DNA of 64,000 bases from Gaiellales bacterium (GTDB taxonomy: Bacteria; Actinomycetota; Thermoleophilia; BMS3ABIN01). The DNA lies in contig QZKG01000022.1 in the NCBI GenBank assembly GCA_003599855.1, forward strand, positions 29,927-93,926, read 5' to 3'. The notes under the pieces were generated by a model. It did not search any database. It was given only the letters and a program-made list of their open reading frames with translations, and was not told the DNA's origin. Position numbers and translations under genes: made by a program. Positions 39,626-49,909 of this stretch are shown here, in pieces (the first letter of the stretch is position 1; each line of letters opens with the position of its first letter).

Positions 39626-40030
39626 GTGGAAGCAGCAGTGAAAGACTACATTACCAATTACCTCCTGTGGCTGACAGCGCTCGGCCTCTACATATATTTT
39701 GCCGCGGCTGTCAGGTCGGTGGCTGTCAGGCTTGATATGGAAGATACCTGGATGGCCTGGGTGCCGCTGCTGAACCTCTACCTTTTCCTCAGGATCGCGG
39801 GGCCGCCCGGCTGGTGGATGCTCCTTGGCCTCGTCCCGTTCGTGAACATTGCCGTCTTCACCTTCGTCACCATGGTGGCATCTGAAAAGACCGGGCGTCC
39901 GCCCTGGTGGGGGCTGGCTTCGCTTCTGCCCCCCGCGGGCCTGGTGCTCCTGGGTGTCATCGGTTTCTCCGTGCCCGCCCGGCAGCGCCGGGAGAGCGCC
40001 CTGCGCGCCCGCCGCTGGCAGCCGGAATAG
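39626..40030 (+). CDS. DUF5684-like small membrane protein (paralog 2)
   Basis: WMAWVPLLNLYLFLRIAGPPGWW; GTG start. Confidence 0.55.
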   Translation: MEAAVKDYITNYLLWLTALGLYIYFAAAVRSVAVRLDMEDTWMAWVPLLNLYLFLRIAGPPGWWMLLGLVPFVNIAVFTFVTMVASEKTGRPPWWGLASLLPPAGLVLLGVIGFSVPARQRRESALRARRWQPE

Positions 40031-40058
40031 GCAGCCGACCGGAAGGAAACAAGCAACG

Positions 40059-40082
40059 AAAAAACCCCCGTCAGGGGGTTTT
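40059..40082. terminator. Bidirectional Rho-independent terminator (A6-CCCCC-GUCA-GGGGG-U4) between the DUF5684 gene and ribH
   Basis: Perfect 5-bp GC stem flanked by A- and T-runs. Confidence 0.75.
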
Positions 40083-40118
40083 ATCGTTGCTGCCCGAAGC
40101 TCTCGGGAAAGAGAGGCG

Positions 40119-40595
40119 TTACTTCCAGTTCTTGATCAGGCTCGCCATCTCGATGGCGCCACTGGCAGCCTGCCAGCCCTTGTTGCCAGCCTTGGTGCCG
40201 GCGCGCTCCACCGCCTGCTCGATAGTATCGGTGGTCAGGACGCCCATAGCCACCGGGACTTTCGTATCCATGGATATCTTGGCGATACCCTTGGATACCT
40301 CGTTGGCGACATAGTCGAAATGGGGCGTGCCGCCGCGGATCACCGCGCCGAGGCAGATGACGGCGTCGTACTTGCCGCTCTCCGCCATCTTGGCCGCCAC
40401 CAGTGGTATCTCGAAGGCGCCCGGGACCCAGGCGACCTCGATGGCTCCCTTGCCGGCGTTATGCCGGATGATGCAATCGACAGCGCCGTCCAGTAGGCGC
40501 AATGAGATGAACTCGTTGAAACGGGCGACGACGATGCCGAACTTGAGACCCTTCGCGTCCAGCATTCCCTCGTAGCTCTTGTAGTTCTCCGCCAT
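40119..40595 (-). CDS. ribH: 6,7-dimethyl-8-ribityllumazine synthase
   Basis: Typical RibH sequence ([11 protein letters not shown]...GAFEIP...[10 protein letters not shown]). Confidence 0.95.
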   Translation of the reverse strand: MAENYKSYEGMLDAKGLKFGIVVARFNEFISLRLLDGAVDCIIRHNAGKGAIEVAWVPGAFEIPLVAAKMAESGKYDAVICLGAVIRGGTPHFDYVANEVSKGIAKISMDTKVPVAMGVLTTDTIEQAVERAGTKAGNKGWQAASGAIEMASLIKNWK

Positions 40596-40636
40596 CGGAT
40601 ATCCTCTCTTTCCTTGTTAGTTTTCCCGTGCCAATG

Positions 40637-41905
40637 CTAGCTGCCCTGTTCTTCCTTGTCGAACCTGAGGTCCTGGTGGTGCAGGATATGGCCGAGCTTG
40701 GCCTTTTTCGCGCTCAGGTAAGCGACGTTCTCGTCCTGGGGGTCCATCTCGATGGGAACCCGCTCCACGATCTTGAGCCCGTAGCCTTCGAGGCCCTTGA
40801 TCTTCTTGGGGTTGTTGGTCATCTGGCGGATGGTGGTCAGGCCCAGGTCGACCAGTATCTGCGCGCCGATGCCGTAGTCGCGCAGATCAGCCGGGAAGCC
40901 GAGTTCCTCGTTGGCCTGCACCGTGTCCATGCCCTGATCCTGCAGGTCATAGGCCTTGAGCTTGTTGATGATGCCGATGCCCCGGCCCTCCTGGGAGAGG
41001 TAGAGCAGCACTCCCTTGCCTTCTTCTTCAATCATCCGCAGGGCGTGGTAGAGCTGCTCGCCGCAGTCGCAGCGCATGGAGTGGAAGACGTCTCCGGTGA
41101 GGCACTCGGAGTGCACCCGCACCAGCACGTCCTCGGCGCCATCGACATCGCCCTTGACCAGGGCTACATGCTGCTCGCCGTCCAGCTTGCTCTCGAAGCC
41201 CACCACCCGGAACTCACCGAACTTGGTGGGGAGCTTGGCCTCGGCCACGCGCTCCACCAGTTTCTCGGTCTTGCGCCGGTACTTGATGAGGTCCGCTACG
41301 GTGACCATCTTCAGGTCGTGTCTCTTGCAGTAAGGGATCAGGTCGGGGACCCTGGCCATGGTGCCGTCGTCGTTCATGATCTCACAGATGACGCCGGCGG
41401 GCTCCAGCCCGGCCAGGCGGGCCAGGTCGACGCCGGCCTCGGTCTGGCCGGTGCGCTCGAGCACACCGCCCGGCTTGGCCCTCAGCGGGAAGATATGGCC
41501 CGGCTGCACGACGGCCTCGGGGCCGGACTCGGGGTTGATGGCCACCTGGATCGTATGGGCGCGGTCGGCGGCGGAGATGCCGGTGGTCACGCCGTGGCGC
41601 GCCTCTATCGACACCGTGAAAGCCGTGCTGTAAGTCGCTTCGTTCTTCTGGACCATCTGCGGCAGCGCGAGCTTCTCGCAGATCTCCGGGGTCATGGCCA
41701 GACAGATGAGCCCGCGGCCGTGAGTGGCCATGAAGTTGATAGCCTCCGGCGTGGCGAACTGGGCTGCGAGGGTGAGGTCGCCCTCGTTCTCGCGGTCCTC
41801 GTCGTCGCAGACTACGACCATCCTGCCGGCGCGGATATCCTCGATCGCTTCCTCGATGGTGCTGAATGGTGATTCTTCTGTGGTTTTCTGTTCTTGTTCT
41901 GCCAT
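40637..41905 (-). CDS. ribBA: Bifunctional 3,4-dihydroxy-2-butanone-4-phosphate synthase / GTP cyclohydrolase II
   Basis: N-terminal DHBP synthase ([11 protein letters not shown]) and C-terminal GCHII (CDCGEQL...GRGIG). Confidence 0.95.
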   Translation of the reverse strand: MAEQEQKTTEESPFSTIEEAIEDIRAGRMVVVCDDEDRENEGDLTLAAQFATPEAINFMATHGRGLICLAMTPEICEKLALPQMVQKNEATYSTAFTVSIEARHGVTTGISAADRAHTIQVAINPESGPEAVVQPGHIFPLRAKPGGVLERTGQTEAGVDLARLAGLEPAGVICEIMNDDGTMARVPDLIPYCKRHDLKMVTVADLIKYRRKTEKLVERVAEAKLPTKFGEFRVVGFESKLDGEQHVALVKGDVDGAEDVLVRVHSECLTGDVFHSMRCDCGEQLYHALRMIEEEGKGVLLYLSQEGRGIGIINKLKAYDLQDQGMDTVQANEELGFPADLRDYGIGAQILVDLGLTTIRQMTNNPKKIKGLEGYGLKIVERVPIEMDPQDENVAYLSAKKAKLGHILHHQDLRFDKEEQGS

Positions 41906-41970
41906 TTTTCCTTCCTGCCTGTTGTTGGTTTACCTTGTATGACTTGCGAAGGCTTCTGCGGGGCCGGGAC

Positions 41971-42624
41971 CTAGAGGAAACCGCCCTCGGCCAGTTTTTC
42001 CAGCGTCAGTCCCCCCTCCCCCTGGCCTCCGGGAAGGCCGCCTTTCATTATCTTCTCGACGTACTTGCCTATCACGTCAGCTTCGAGGTTGACCTCGTAG
42101 CCGACACCGTTGTGACCCAGGGTAGTGACCTTCACCGTGTGGGGGATGAGCGAGACGCTGAAACTGTCCTTCTGCAGGCGCGCCACCGTCAGGCTGATGC
42201 CGTCGACGCCCACCGACCCCTGGGCCAGCAGGTAGCGGCGGATCTCCTCCGGCGCCTGGATGGTGTAGATGATGGCATTGCCCTCGGGCTTGATGGACAC
42301 GATCTTGCCGGTGGCGTCCACGTGGCCGAGCATCAGGTGGCCGCCCAGCCGCGCGTTGAGCGTCAGGGCCCGTTCGAGGTTCACCAGGCTGCCGCGCTTG
42401 AGGTTGCCCAGGTTGGTCTTCTTGAGCGTCTCCGGCATCACGTCGGCGGAAAAGGTGCCGTCGCCGAAGTCGCGCGCCGTGAGACAGGTGCCGTTGACAG
42501 CGATGGAGTCCCCCAGCTGCGTGTTCTCGAGGACCTTGTCAGCCTCGATGGTGACGATGCCGCTCTCGGAGCCCATTTCGATGCTCAGCAGCTTGCCCAT
42601 CTCCTCTACTATCCCGGTGAACAT
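41971..42624 (-). CDS. ribE: Riboflavin synthase alpha subunit
   Basis: MFTGIVEE...GDSIAVNGTCLT duplicated lumazine-binding repeats. Confidence 0.9.
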   Translation of the reverse strand: MFTGIVEEMGKLLSIEMGSESGIVTIEADKVLENTQLGDSIAVNGTCLTARDFGDGTFSADVMPETLKKTNLGNLKRGSLVNLERALTLNARLGGHLMLGHVDATGKIVSIKPEGNAIIYTIQAPEEIRRYLLAQGSVGVDGISLTVARLQKDSFSVSLIPHTVKVTTLGHNGVGYEVNLEADVIGKYVEKIMKGGLPGGQGEGGLTLEKLAEGGFL

Positions 42625-42674
42625 CGGCGATCAGCTCCTCGGCTCTGTGTTACTGGTGAAATGGTTCATGCGGA

Positions 42675-43808
42675 TCAATAGCCTTCTTCCGTCGTGTAAG
42701 CGGTAATCAGGATATCCTCGCCTACCTCCTCGTGCTTCATCCGGTACAGTATCAGCGCGTCGTCGACCCGGCTGAAGCCGCTTCCCTCGACGGGGGTCCG
42801 GGCCGACTCGCCACCCAGTATCTTGGGGGCGATGAAAAACATCACCTTGTCGATGAGGCCTGCCTCCACGAAGGACGCCGCCAGGCCGGGGCCGCCCTCC
42901 AGCATGACGCTCAGCACCGGCACCTCACGTGAGCCCAGGCTCCGCATCGCCTCAGCCGCATCGACCCTGCCATTGACAGCCGGCAGCGCCTCTACCTCCA
43001 CGCCGGCGCCCCTGAGCGCCTGAACGCGTTCGGGCGCCGCGGCTTCGGTAGTGAATACCAGTGTCGGCACCTCGGCTGCTGTCTTTACCAGCTTGCTGTC
43101 CGGCGATAGGCCGGCGGCAGAGTCGAAGACGACCCTGAGAGGCTGGCGATGCTCGCCGGGGAGCCGGCAGGTGAGCATCGGGTCATCGGCCGCGGCCGTG
43201 CCGCTGCCCACGGCGATGGCGTCGTAACCGGCGCGCAGCTCGTGCACCAGGGCCCGGCTGTCTTCCCCTGAGATCCACTGGGAATCCCCCGTGCCGGTGG
43301 CGATCTTCCCGTCCAGGCTCATGGCGCTCTTGAACAGGACAAAGGGCAGCCCGGTCACCGAGTGCTTGCGGAAATCCTCGTTCTGGGAGCGGGCGCGCTC
43401 GGCCAGGGAGCACTCGAGCACGTCGACAGCGATACCAGCCTCCCTGAGCTCGGCGGCTCCCTTGCCGTCGACCTTCGGCGATGGGTCCATCGAGGCGATC
43501 ACCACACGGGAGACCCCGGACTCGATCAGCGCCCGTGAGCAGGGCCCCGTCCGCCCCGTGTGGCAGCAGGGCTCAAGAGTGACGAAGACCGTAGCCCCGG
43601 CGACGTCGCCTTCGGCGTCCTTGATCGCAGCCACCTCGGCGTGATCGGCGCCGGCGCGCGCGTGGTATCCCTGTCCAATGACACGGTTGTCCCTCACTAT
43701 GACCGCGCCCACCGTGGGGTTCGGGCTCGTTTTTCCCCTGGCCGTCTCCGCCAGGTTCAGGGCCTGCTGCATGAAACTTGTCTCTATGCCGTTCAGGATG
43801 ATTGCCAT
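42675..43808 (-). CDS. ribD: Bifunctional diaminohydroxyphosphoribosylaminopyrimidine deaminase / 5-amino-6-(5-phosphoribosylamino)uracil reductase
   Basis: CMP/dCMP deaminase zinc motifs (HAEVAA...PCCHTG) plus reductase domain. ATG 43808 (or 43772). Track start 43928 reads into the riboswitch. Confidence 0.9.
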   Translation of the reverse strand: MAIILNGIETSFMQQALNLAETARGKTSPNPTVGAVIVRDNRVIGQGYHARAGADHAEVAAIKDAEGDVAGATVFVTLEPCCHTGRTGPCSRALIESGVSRVVIASMDPSPKVDGKGAAELREAGIAVDVLECSLAERARSQNEDFRKHSVTGLPFVLFKSAMSLDGKIATGTGDSQWISGEDSRALVHELRAGYDAIAVGSGTAAADDPMLTCRLPGEHRQPLRVVFDSAAGLSPDSKLVKTAAEVPTLVFTTEAAAPERVQALRGAGVEVEALPAVNGRVDAAEAMRSLGSREVPVLSVMLEGGPGLAASFVEAGLIDKVMFFIAPKILGGESARTPVEGSGFSRVDDALILYRMKHEEVGEDILITAYTTEEGY

Positions 43809-43899
43809 GTCCGGCGTCACTGTCTCCTGTCTTGGTCCCGGGCTTCCCTCTGTCCCACGAAAAAACCCCGGGCAGCAATGAACCCAGGGCAAGTCAGCT

Positions 43900-44016
<117 letters not shown>

Positions 44017-44126
44017 ATTGCGTATGTAACGCTATTTGATTTTCCGTTAAAGATGATAGCAGACAAAAAAACCGGTTTCCAGTTGCGGGGGAACCGGCGG
44101 GTTGATGGGGTTCTGCGCCGGGCCGT

Positions 44127-44837
44127 TCAGGCAGAAGCGCTGTACGCCGCCATGGCTTCCATCAGTTCCCGCGCTGCCGCCGCGGGATCGGGAGCGCCGT
44201 AGACGGCGGAGCCCGCCACGAAGTTGTTGGCCCCCGTTGGCAGCACTTTGCCGATGGTCTCGATGCTGATGCCGCCGTCCACCTGGAGGCCGACGCCGGG
44301 CGGCAGCAGGGTGCGCGCCCGCGCTATCTTGGGCACGACCGACTCGATGAAACCCTGGCCGCTGAAACCCGGGTTGACCGTCATCATCAGCGCGAAGTCG
44401 ATGTCGCCCGCAGCCTCCTGGATGGCGACCAGGGGCGTTGCCGGGTTGATGGTCACCCCGGCCTTGCAGCCTGCGTCCCGGATCCGGCTCAAGGTCATGT
44501 TGAGATGGTCGCAGGCCTCGGCATGGACGTTTATCCAGTCGGCTCCGGCCCTGGCGAAAGTGTCTATGTAATCATCCGGCTCGGAGATCATCAGGTGACA
44601 GTCCAGCACGCCGCCGGCGTCGTGGACCTGCTCGCTGATGGCCTCGACGATGAAGGGGCCGATGGTGATGTTGGGGACGAAGTGGCCGTCCATGACGTCC
44701 ACGTGGATGACGCGCACCCCCGCGTCCATCACCAGCCGCACCTGTTCGCCCAGGCGGTAGAAGTCCGCCGAGAGGATCGAGGGGGCCAGCTGGTATGTAG
44801 TCAACAGTTCGTCGCTCACGGGGCAAGATTCTAGCAC
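44127..44837 (-). CDS. rpe: Ribulose-phosphate 3-epimerase
   Basis: APSILSADF...HVDVMDGHFVPN motifs. GTG start at 44837; a shorter TTG start (MTTYQLAPS) is possible. Confidence 0.85.
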   Translation of the reverse strand: MLESCPVSDELLTTYQLAPSILSADFYRLGEQVRLVMDAGVRVIHVDVMDGHFVPNITIGPFIVEAISEQVHDAGGVLDCHLMISEPDDYIDTFARAGADWINVHAEACDHLNMTLSRIRDAGCKAGVTINPATPLVAIQEAAGDIDFALMMTVNPGFSGQGFIESVVPKIARARTLLPPGVGLQVDGGISIETIGKVLPTGANNFVAGSAVYGAPDPAAAARELMEAMAAYSASA

Positions 44838-45514
44838 AAGGGGGCGGTTCCGCCCAACACTCCGGCCAGGCTCGCCTCCCAGGCGGTATGGCCGTCGAAG
44901 TGGGCATCAGGGTCGGTGATGAGCGTGTACCACCAGTAGATGCTGAAAAGGCCCAGGGTCAGAAGGGTAAGCAGCAGGTACCTGCCGAAGCGGCGGCGGG
45001 GCGGTGGCGCAGGCGGACTGACATCCAGGCGTAAGCCCAGCCGGCCAAGGACCTGACCGGCCTTCCGCATGAAATCTTCCTCGGCAGCGCCGTGGGCATG
45101 GAAGTCGCTGTTGAGGAAATAGTAGACGTAGAAATTGGTAACCCCGGTCAGGATCCCGAGCACCAGCCAGAGGACGGGGCTCTTCTCTCCGCGGCGGTCC
45201 TGCGCTGTGGCCGCCCTGTCGAGCTCCCTGAGCTCCTCCATGTCACGCGCGAGGGCAGTCCGGCCGGCTGCCACAGCGACCCGTTCCTCGAGGACAGCCA
45301 GCAGGTTCCGGCGGAGCGAGACCATGCGCTCGAAATGCTGCTCCCTCCGCTCCAGCAGCCTGTATAAAACATACGCGCCGTAGACGCCCAGGGTAACCAG
45401 CGACAGCAGGAAAGCCGGCAGGAAACCGATCCGCCGGTCAGTGCGGCTACGGTTCAGCAGGTCTGCATTGAGCGATGCCGGGCTTTCCAGGACAGCCTCC
45501 CTTGGACGGGACAA
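44831..45514 (-). CDS. Hypothetical membrane protein (two TM hairpins, R/E-rich cytoplasmic helix)
   Basis: ORF with hydrophobic segments; no recognised motif. Confidence 0.4.
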   Translation of the reverse strand: MSRPREAVLESPASLNADLLNRSRTDRRIGFLPAFLLSLVTLGVYGAYVLYRLLERREQHFERMVSLRRNLLAVLEERVAVAAGRTALARDMEELRELDRAATAQDRRGEKSPVLWLVLGILTGVTNFYVYYFLNSDFHAHGAAEEDFMRKAGQVLGRLGLRLDVSPPAPPPRRRFGRYLLLTLLTLGLFSIYWWYTLITDPDAHFDGHTAWEASLAGVLGGTAPLC

Positions 45515-45516
45515 GA

Positions 45517-45548
45517 AAAGGCCCCCTGGCGGCAGCCAGGAGGCCTTA
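45517..45548 (-). terminator. Rho-independent terminator downstream of hup (13-bp stem, UGCC loop, U-run)
   Basis: Minus strand AAGGCCUCCUGGC-UGCC-GCCAGGGGGCCUU-UU. Confidence 0.75.
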
Positions 45549-45560
45549 AGTCAAACCGTG

Positions 45561-45833
45561 TTACTTGACGGCCGCTTTGAGCTGGCTGCCGGCGCTGAAC
45601 TTCGGCACCTTGCTGGCCGCGATCTGAATCTTTTCCTTTGTCTGGGGGTTGATGCCCTCGCGGGCTGCCCTGTGCTGGACGCTGAACTTGCCAAAACCGG
45701 TAAACTGTACTTCCTCGCCCTTTTTCAGCGCGTCTGTGACTGCTTCGATGAACGCGTCAACTGCGGCGGCGGCCTGTGTCTTGTTGAGATCTGCTTTCTC
45801 TGCGACTGCGCTTACAAACTCGGATTTCCCCAC
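45561..45833 (-). CDS. hup: HU family DNA-binding protein
   Basis: KSEFVSAVAEKADLNKTQ...FGKFSV...NPQTKEKIQIAASKVPKF; 90 aa. Confidence 0.9.
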   Translation of the reverse strand: MGKSEFVSAVAEKADLNKTQAAAAVDAFIEAVTDALKKGEEVQFTGFGKFSVQHRAAREGINPQTKEKIQIAASKVPKFSAGSQLKAAVK

Positions 45834-45929
45834 TTCTATACCTCCTGGTTTGTTGGATTTCAGAAGATGGCGGTAAGAACCTATCAGAAGGATATGCCCA
45901 TTACAAGCGGAAAATGGACATTCCCGCCC

Positions 45930-47276
45930 TTATTTTCCGCCGATCGTCATATCGCCGATCAGAAGCGTCGGAGCGTGGATGCTGCCGCCGAACGGCACCC
46001 AGCGATTGTCATTACCCACCGCCTGGATGCTCTTGAGCATCGCCATCAGGTTGCCGGCGATGGTTATCTCCCGCACCGGCTCTGTCAACTTTCCACCTTT
46101 TATCAAAATGCCGGCCGCCCCCACCGAGAAATCCCCCGAGATCGGATTGGCGCCGGAGTGCATGCCGCTGACCTCTGTGACCAGCAGCCCGTGGTCGACC
46201 CCGGAGATGATCTCCTGCGACCCGGCCTCGCCGCCGGTCAGTCTGAGATTAGTGGCTCCGACGTGGGGCAGTGACCGGTACGAGGCCCGCGAAGCATTGC
46301 CGGTCGACTCCGCCCCGCCCTTGCGGGCAGTATAGGTGTCGTATAAAAACCCCTGCAGGACACCGTTTTCCAGCAGCACTGTCTGCCGGCACGGCACGCC
46401 TTCACCATCGAAGGAGGAGCTGGCGAGCCCGTCGGGGTGGGTCCCGTCATCCACCAGCCTCACCAGGTCGCTGGCGACGCGCTCGCCCATCCTGCCGGCG
46501 AACATGGAGCGCTGTTTCTGCACCGTCTCACCGCTGAGGACAGAGCCGATCACGCTCACCAGGCTGGCAGTGACGAAGGGGTCCGTGACCACGGGGCAAC
46601 TCATGCTGCGGCACTGCCGGGCCCCCAGGAGCATGAGAGCGCGGTCGGCCGCCTCCTCGCCGCAGCCGGTCCCTTCGAGCTGGCCTGGCTCCCGGCCTAT
46701 GGTGAAGCTGATCCCCGTCTGCATCTCCCCGTTCTCTTCGGCGATGGCCTGCAGGAACGCGTAGCAGACGCCTTCCCGCTGCTCCCGGGAGAACCCCTTT
46801 GAATTAGCGATCGCCACCCTGGATTCGGATTCTACGTACTGGGACGCTTCCACCTGGACCACCCGGCTGTCGCGCCCGAGGGCGGCTTCCTCGATGGCCC
46901 GGGCGATATCGATCTTCTCCGCCACCGGGGTGGACAGCAGGGCCGGCAGGAACAGGTCCAGCTCAGCGTATTCTCCGCCCGTCTCCGGCAGACCGGTGAA
47001 TTCGTCCGCCGCGGTCACGGCGGCGTTATCCACTGCGTCCCGGGCGGCCGACGCCAGCCCCGCGTCGGACATGTCGGTGGTGTAGGCATAGCCGGCTGCT
47101 CCACCGATGATCGCCCGTATGCCCAGGCCGCTGCCGGAAGAGCTGGCCAGCTCTTCCACCTCCCCCTTGTAGACGCTGATCTTGAGGGAGCGCGACTCCT
47201 GCGCGAAAACCTCGGCCTGGTCCGCCCCGGCCGCAGCCGCCATCTCCAGGGTCTGGCTTGCCTTGTCCAGCATCAC
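45930..47276 (-). CDS. pmbA: PmbA/TldE metalloprotease-family protein
   Basis: TldD/PmbA family; paired with the tldD gene that follows. Confidence 0.85.
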   Translation of the reverse strand: MMLDKASQTLEMAAAAGADQAEVFAQESRSLKISVYKGEVEELASSSGSGLGIRAIIGGAAGYAYTTDMSDAGLASAARDAVDNAAVTAADEFTGLPETGGEYAELDLFLPALLSTPVAEKIDIARAIEEAALGRDSRVVQVEASQYVESESRVAIANSKGFSREQREGVCYAFLQAIAEENGEMQTGISFTIGREPGQLEGTGCGEEAADRALMLLGARQCRSMSCPVVTDPFVTASLVSVIGSVLSGETVQKQRSMFAGRMGERVASDLVRLVDDGTHPDGLASSSFDGEGVPCRQTVLLENGVLQGFLYDTYTARKGGAESTGNASRASYRSLPHVGATNLRLTGGEAGSQEIISGVDHGLLVTEVSGMHSGANPISGDFSVGAAGILIKGGKLTEPVREITIAGNLMAMLKSIQAVGNDNRWVPFGGSIHAPTLLIGDMTIGGK

Positions 47277-47277
47277 C

Positions 47278-48699
47278 CTAACCGACCTCCGTCCCGCCGA
47301 TGGTCAGATCCAGGATGCGCAGGGTCGGCTGGCCGCTCCCCACCGGCACGCCCTGGCCGTCCTTGCCGCAAACCCCGATATGCATCTCGAAGTCATCCGC
47401 TACCAAGTCGATGTTGTTGAGCGCCACCAGGCCATTGCCGATGAGGGTCGCCCCCCTGAGCGGCGTCGTCACCCGGCCTTTCTCTATCAGGTAACCCTCG
47501 GAGACGCCGAAGACGAAGTCGCCCGTGGCCGGGTCCACCTGGCCGCCCGCGAGGGTCTTGGCGAAAAAGCCCCTGTCCGTTGCAGCGAAGATCTCATCCA
47601 CGGGCGCATCTCCACCGGTGATGAACGTGTTGGTCATGCGGGGAATCGGTGTATGGCGGTAGGACTGGCGGCGCCCGTTCCCCGTGGGCTGGGCGCCTGC
47701 GTTGCGCGCGCGCAGACGGTCATAAAGGAAGCCGGTCAGCTCCCCTGCGTCGATAAGCACGTTGCGCCTGGTGGGCACACCCTCGTCATCGACGGCGCCT
47801 GAACCCCAGGCATTGGGCACGCTACCGTCATCGATCAGGGTCACCAGCCCGCTGGCTACCTTGTGGCCCAGTTTGTCCCTGAAGACACTGGCCCCCTTTT
47901 CGATAGCGTCCGCTTCGAGGCCATGGCCGCAGGCTTCATGGAAGAGCACCCCGCCGAATCCCCGATGGAGGACCACCGGCATCTTGCCGCTGGGCGCGGG
48001 CCGGGAGTCCAGCATCGTGATCGCCTTCCTGGCCGCTGCCTCACCGATGTCCGCGGCCTGGTTCCTGGCGAAGAGCTCCATGCCGCGGTGGGCTCCCACG
48101 CTCTCGAAGCCGGTCTGGGTTATCCCTCCGCGCGCGCCCACGACCTGGACGCTCATCCGCACCCGGGTCCGCTCGTCGGCGGCCAGCACGCCCTCGGAGT
48201 TCGCGACCAGCACTTCGCTGACGACATCGCTGTAGTTGCAGGATGCCTGGACTATCTCCGGCCCAGCGGCGCGGGCCGCGTCGTCCGCCGCCGCCAGCAG
48301 CCCGGCCTTGTCCGCGGCGGGCGTCTGCGCGGGCGGCTCCTCCACCGGATGCCTGGAGGAGCCCCGCACCGCTTCCAGCCGCCGCACGGAGGCGCCGCCA
48401 TCTGAGGAACCTTCCCCGGCAAGCCTCGCGGCCTCCCTGAGCGAGCCCTCGTCGATGCTGTCGGTGGAAACGAAGGAGATATTGCGGCCGCTGAACACCC
48501 GCACCGATGCCCCCAGGTCGAAACCGGTGGAGCTGCGCTCCAGGCGGCCGTCCTCGAGGTTCAGGGCGACTGTCTTTCTTCTCTCCACGTAGAGGTCCGC
48601 GAAGTCCCCGCCCCGGGTCAGGGCTTCTTCGAGGACATCGTGGGCCAGCTGCTCTTCTATCAGCACTGCATCAACTCCAATCATTCCGGCGCCGTTCAC
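47278..48699 (-). CDS. tldD: TldD metalloprotease
   Basis: HEACGHGLE HExxxH motif; 473 aa. Confidence 0.9.
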   Translation of the reverse strand: MNGAGMIGVDAVLIEEQLAHDVLEEALTRGGDFADLYVERRKTVALNLEDGRLERSSTGFDLGASVRVFSGRNISFVSTDSIDEGSLREAARLAGEGSSDGGASVRRLEAVRGSSRHPVEEPPAQTPAADKAGLLAAADDAARAAGPEIVQASCNYSDVVSEVLVANSEGVLAADERTRVRMSVQVVGARGGITQTGFESVGAHRGMELFARNQAADIGEAAARKAITMLDSRPAPSGKMPVVLHRGFGGVLFHEACGHGLEADAIEKGASVFRDKLGHKVASGLVTLIDDGSVPNAWGSGAVDDEGVPTRRNVLIDAGELTGFLYDRLRARNAGAQPTGNGRRQSYRHTPIPRMTNTFITGGDAPVDEIFAATDRGFFAKTLAGGQVDPATGDFVFGVSEGYLIEKGRVTTPLRGATLIGNGLVALNNIDLVADDFEMHIGVCGKDGQGVPVGSGQPTLRILDLTIGGTEVG

Positions 48700-48871
48700 G
48701 ACCGGGACCGGTTTATTCTATAACAACGGGGCTCGACGCAGTAAATATCCGGCTCTTGTTCCCGTTAATGCCATTTCGTGCCCTGTCGATAAAACTTATG
48801 GGCTTTCCCGCCTGGCATATCGGCTGCATTTGCAGCGTTTTTTCTGGAGGCAACCTGCTTTTCGGGGCGAA

Positions 48872-49888
48872 ATGAAAAAAAACCCATCAGCCGCCGGCCT
48901 GGCCCGTGAGCTCGACCAGGGCCCGGCCGCGCCACCGCGGATCAGCGAGAAGGACTTCGCCGGTCTCTTCGAAAATTTCAACAGGCTCAAACAGAACGTC
49001 GGCGGCGTCATCGTCGGCAAGGATGACGTCATCAAACTGGTGCTCGTCGCCCTCATCAGCGGCGGTCACGTCCTGCTGGAGGACGTCCCCGGCGTAGGCA
49101 AGACCACTTTGGCCAAGAGCATCGCCCGCTCGGTGTCGGCCACCTATGCCAGGATCCAGTTCACCCCGGACCTGCTGCCTTCGGATATCACCGGCAGCAC
49201 GGTGTACTCACCCAAGCGCGAGGAATTCTACTGGTCCCCGGGGCCGCTCTTCGCCAACATCGTACTCGCCGATGAGATCAACCGCACCAGCCCCCGGACC
49301 CAGTCCGCCCTGCTGGAGGCCATGGAGGAGCACCAGGTGACGGTCGACCGCAGGACCCATCCGTTACCGGAGCCCTTCTTCGTGATAGCCACGCAGAACG
49401 CCCACGAGGTGCACGGGACTTTCCCCCTGCCCGAGGGCCAGATGGACCGTTTCCTGATGTCGCTGTCCATCGGTTTGCCCGATCGCGTCAGCGAGCAGCG
49501 GATGCTGCGCGACCAGATGGATTCGCATCCCCTGGAACGCGTGGAGCCGGTGGTCGCCGCCGGCGACATCACTGCGCTGCAGGCGGCCGTACGCCAGGTG
49601 AAGGTGACGGACCCTCTACTGGGATACATCCTCGATATAGTCAACCGGGGACGCCGTCATGCGGAGGTATCCCTGGGCCCCTCACCCAGGGCCAGCATCG
49701 CGCTGACGCGCGCAAGCCAGGGCCTGGCTTTCACCGACGGGCGTTCCTACGTCATCCCTGATGATGTGCAGGCAGCCGCGCAGCCGGTGCTGTCGCACCG
49801 GATAACGCCACGGGTCAAGTCGCGCACGGGGGAGCTTGCGGCGCGGATCGTCGCGGAACTGGTCGCCTCCAGCCGCGTTCCCGTCTGA
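48872..49888 (+). CDS. MoxR-family AAA+ ATPase
   Basis: Walker A GVPGVGKT, Walker B VLADEINR; ATG 48872. Confidence 0.9.
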   Translation: MKKNPSAAGLARELDQGPAAPPRISEKDFAGLFENFNRLKQNVGGVIVGKDDVIKLVLVALISGGHVLLEDVPGVGKTTLAKSIARSVSATYARIQFTPDLLPSDITGSTVYSPKREEFYWSPGPLFANIVLADEINRTSPRTQSALLEAMEEHQVTVDRRTHPLPEPFFVIATQNAHEVHGTFPLPEGQMDRFLMSLSIGLPDRVSEQRMLRDQMDSHPLERVEPVVAAGDITALQAAVRQVKVTDPLLGYILDIVNRGRRHAEVSLGPSPRASIALTRASQGLAFTDGRSYVIPDDVQAAAQPVLSHRITPRVKSRTGELAARIVAELVASSRVPV

Positions 49889-49909
49889 AGCGCCTGCTGG
49901 GCGGCCTCC

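Noticed and set aside
40628-41872. 414-aa plus-strand ORF.
   Set aside because: Antisense of ribBA.
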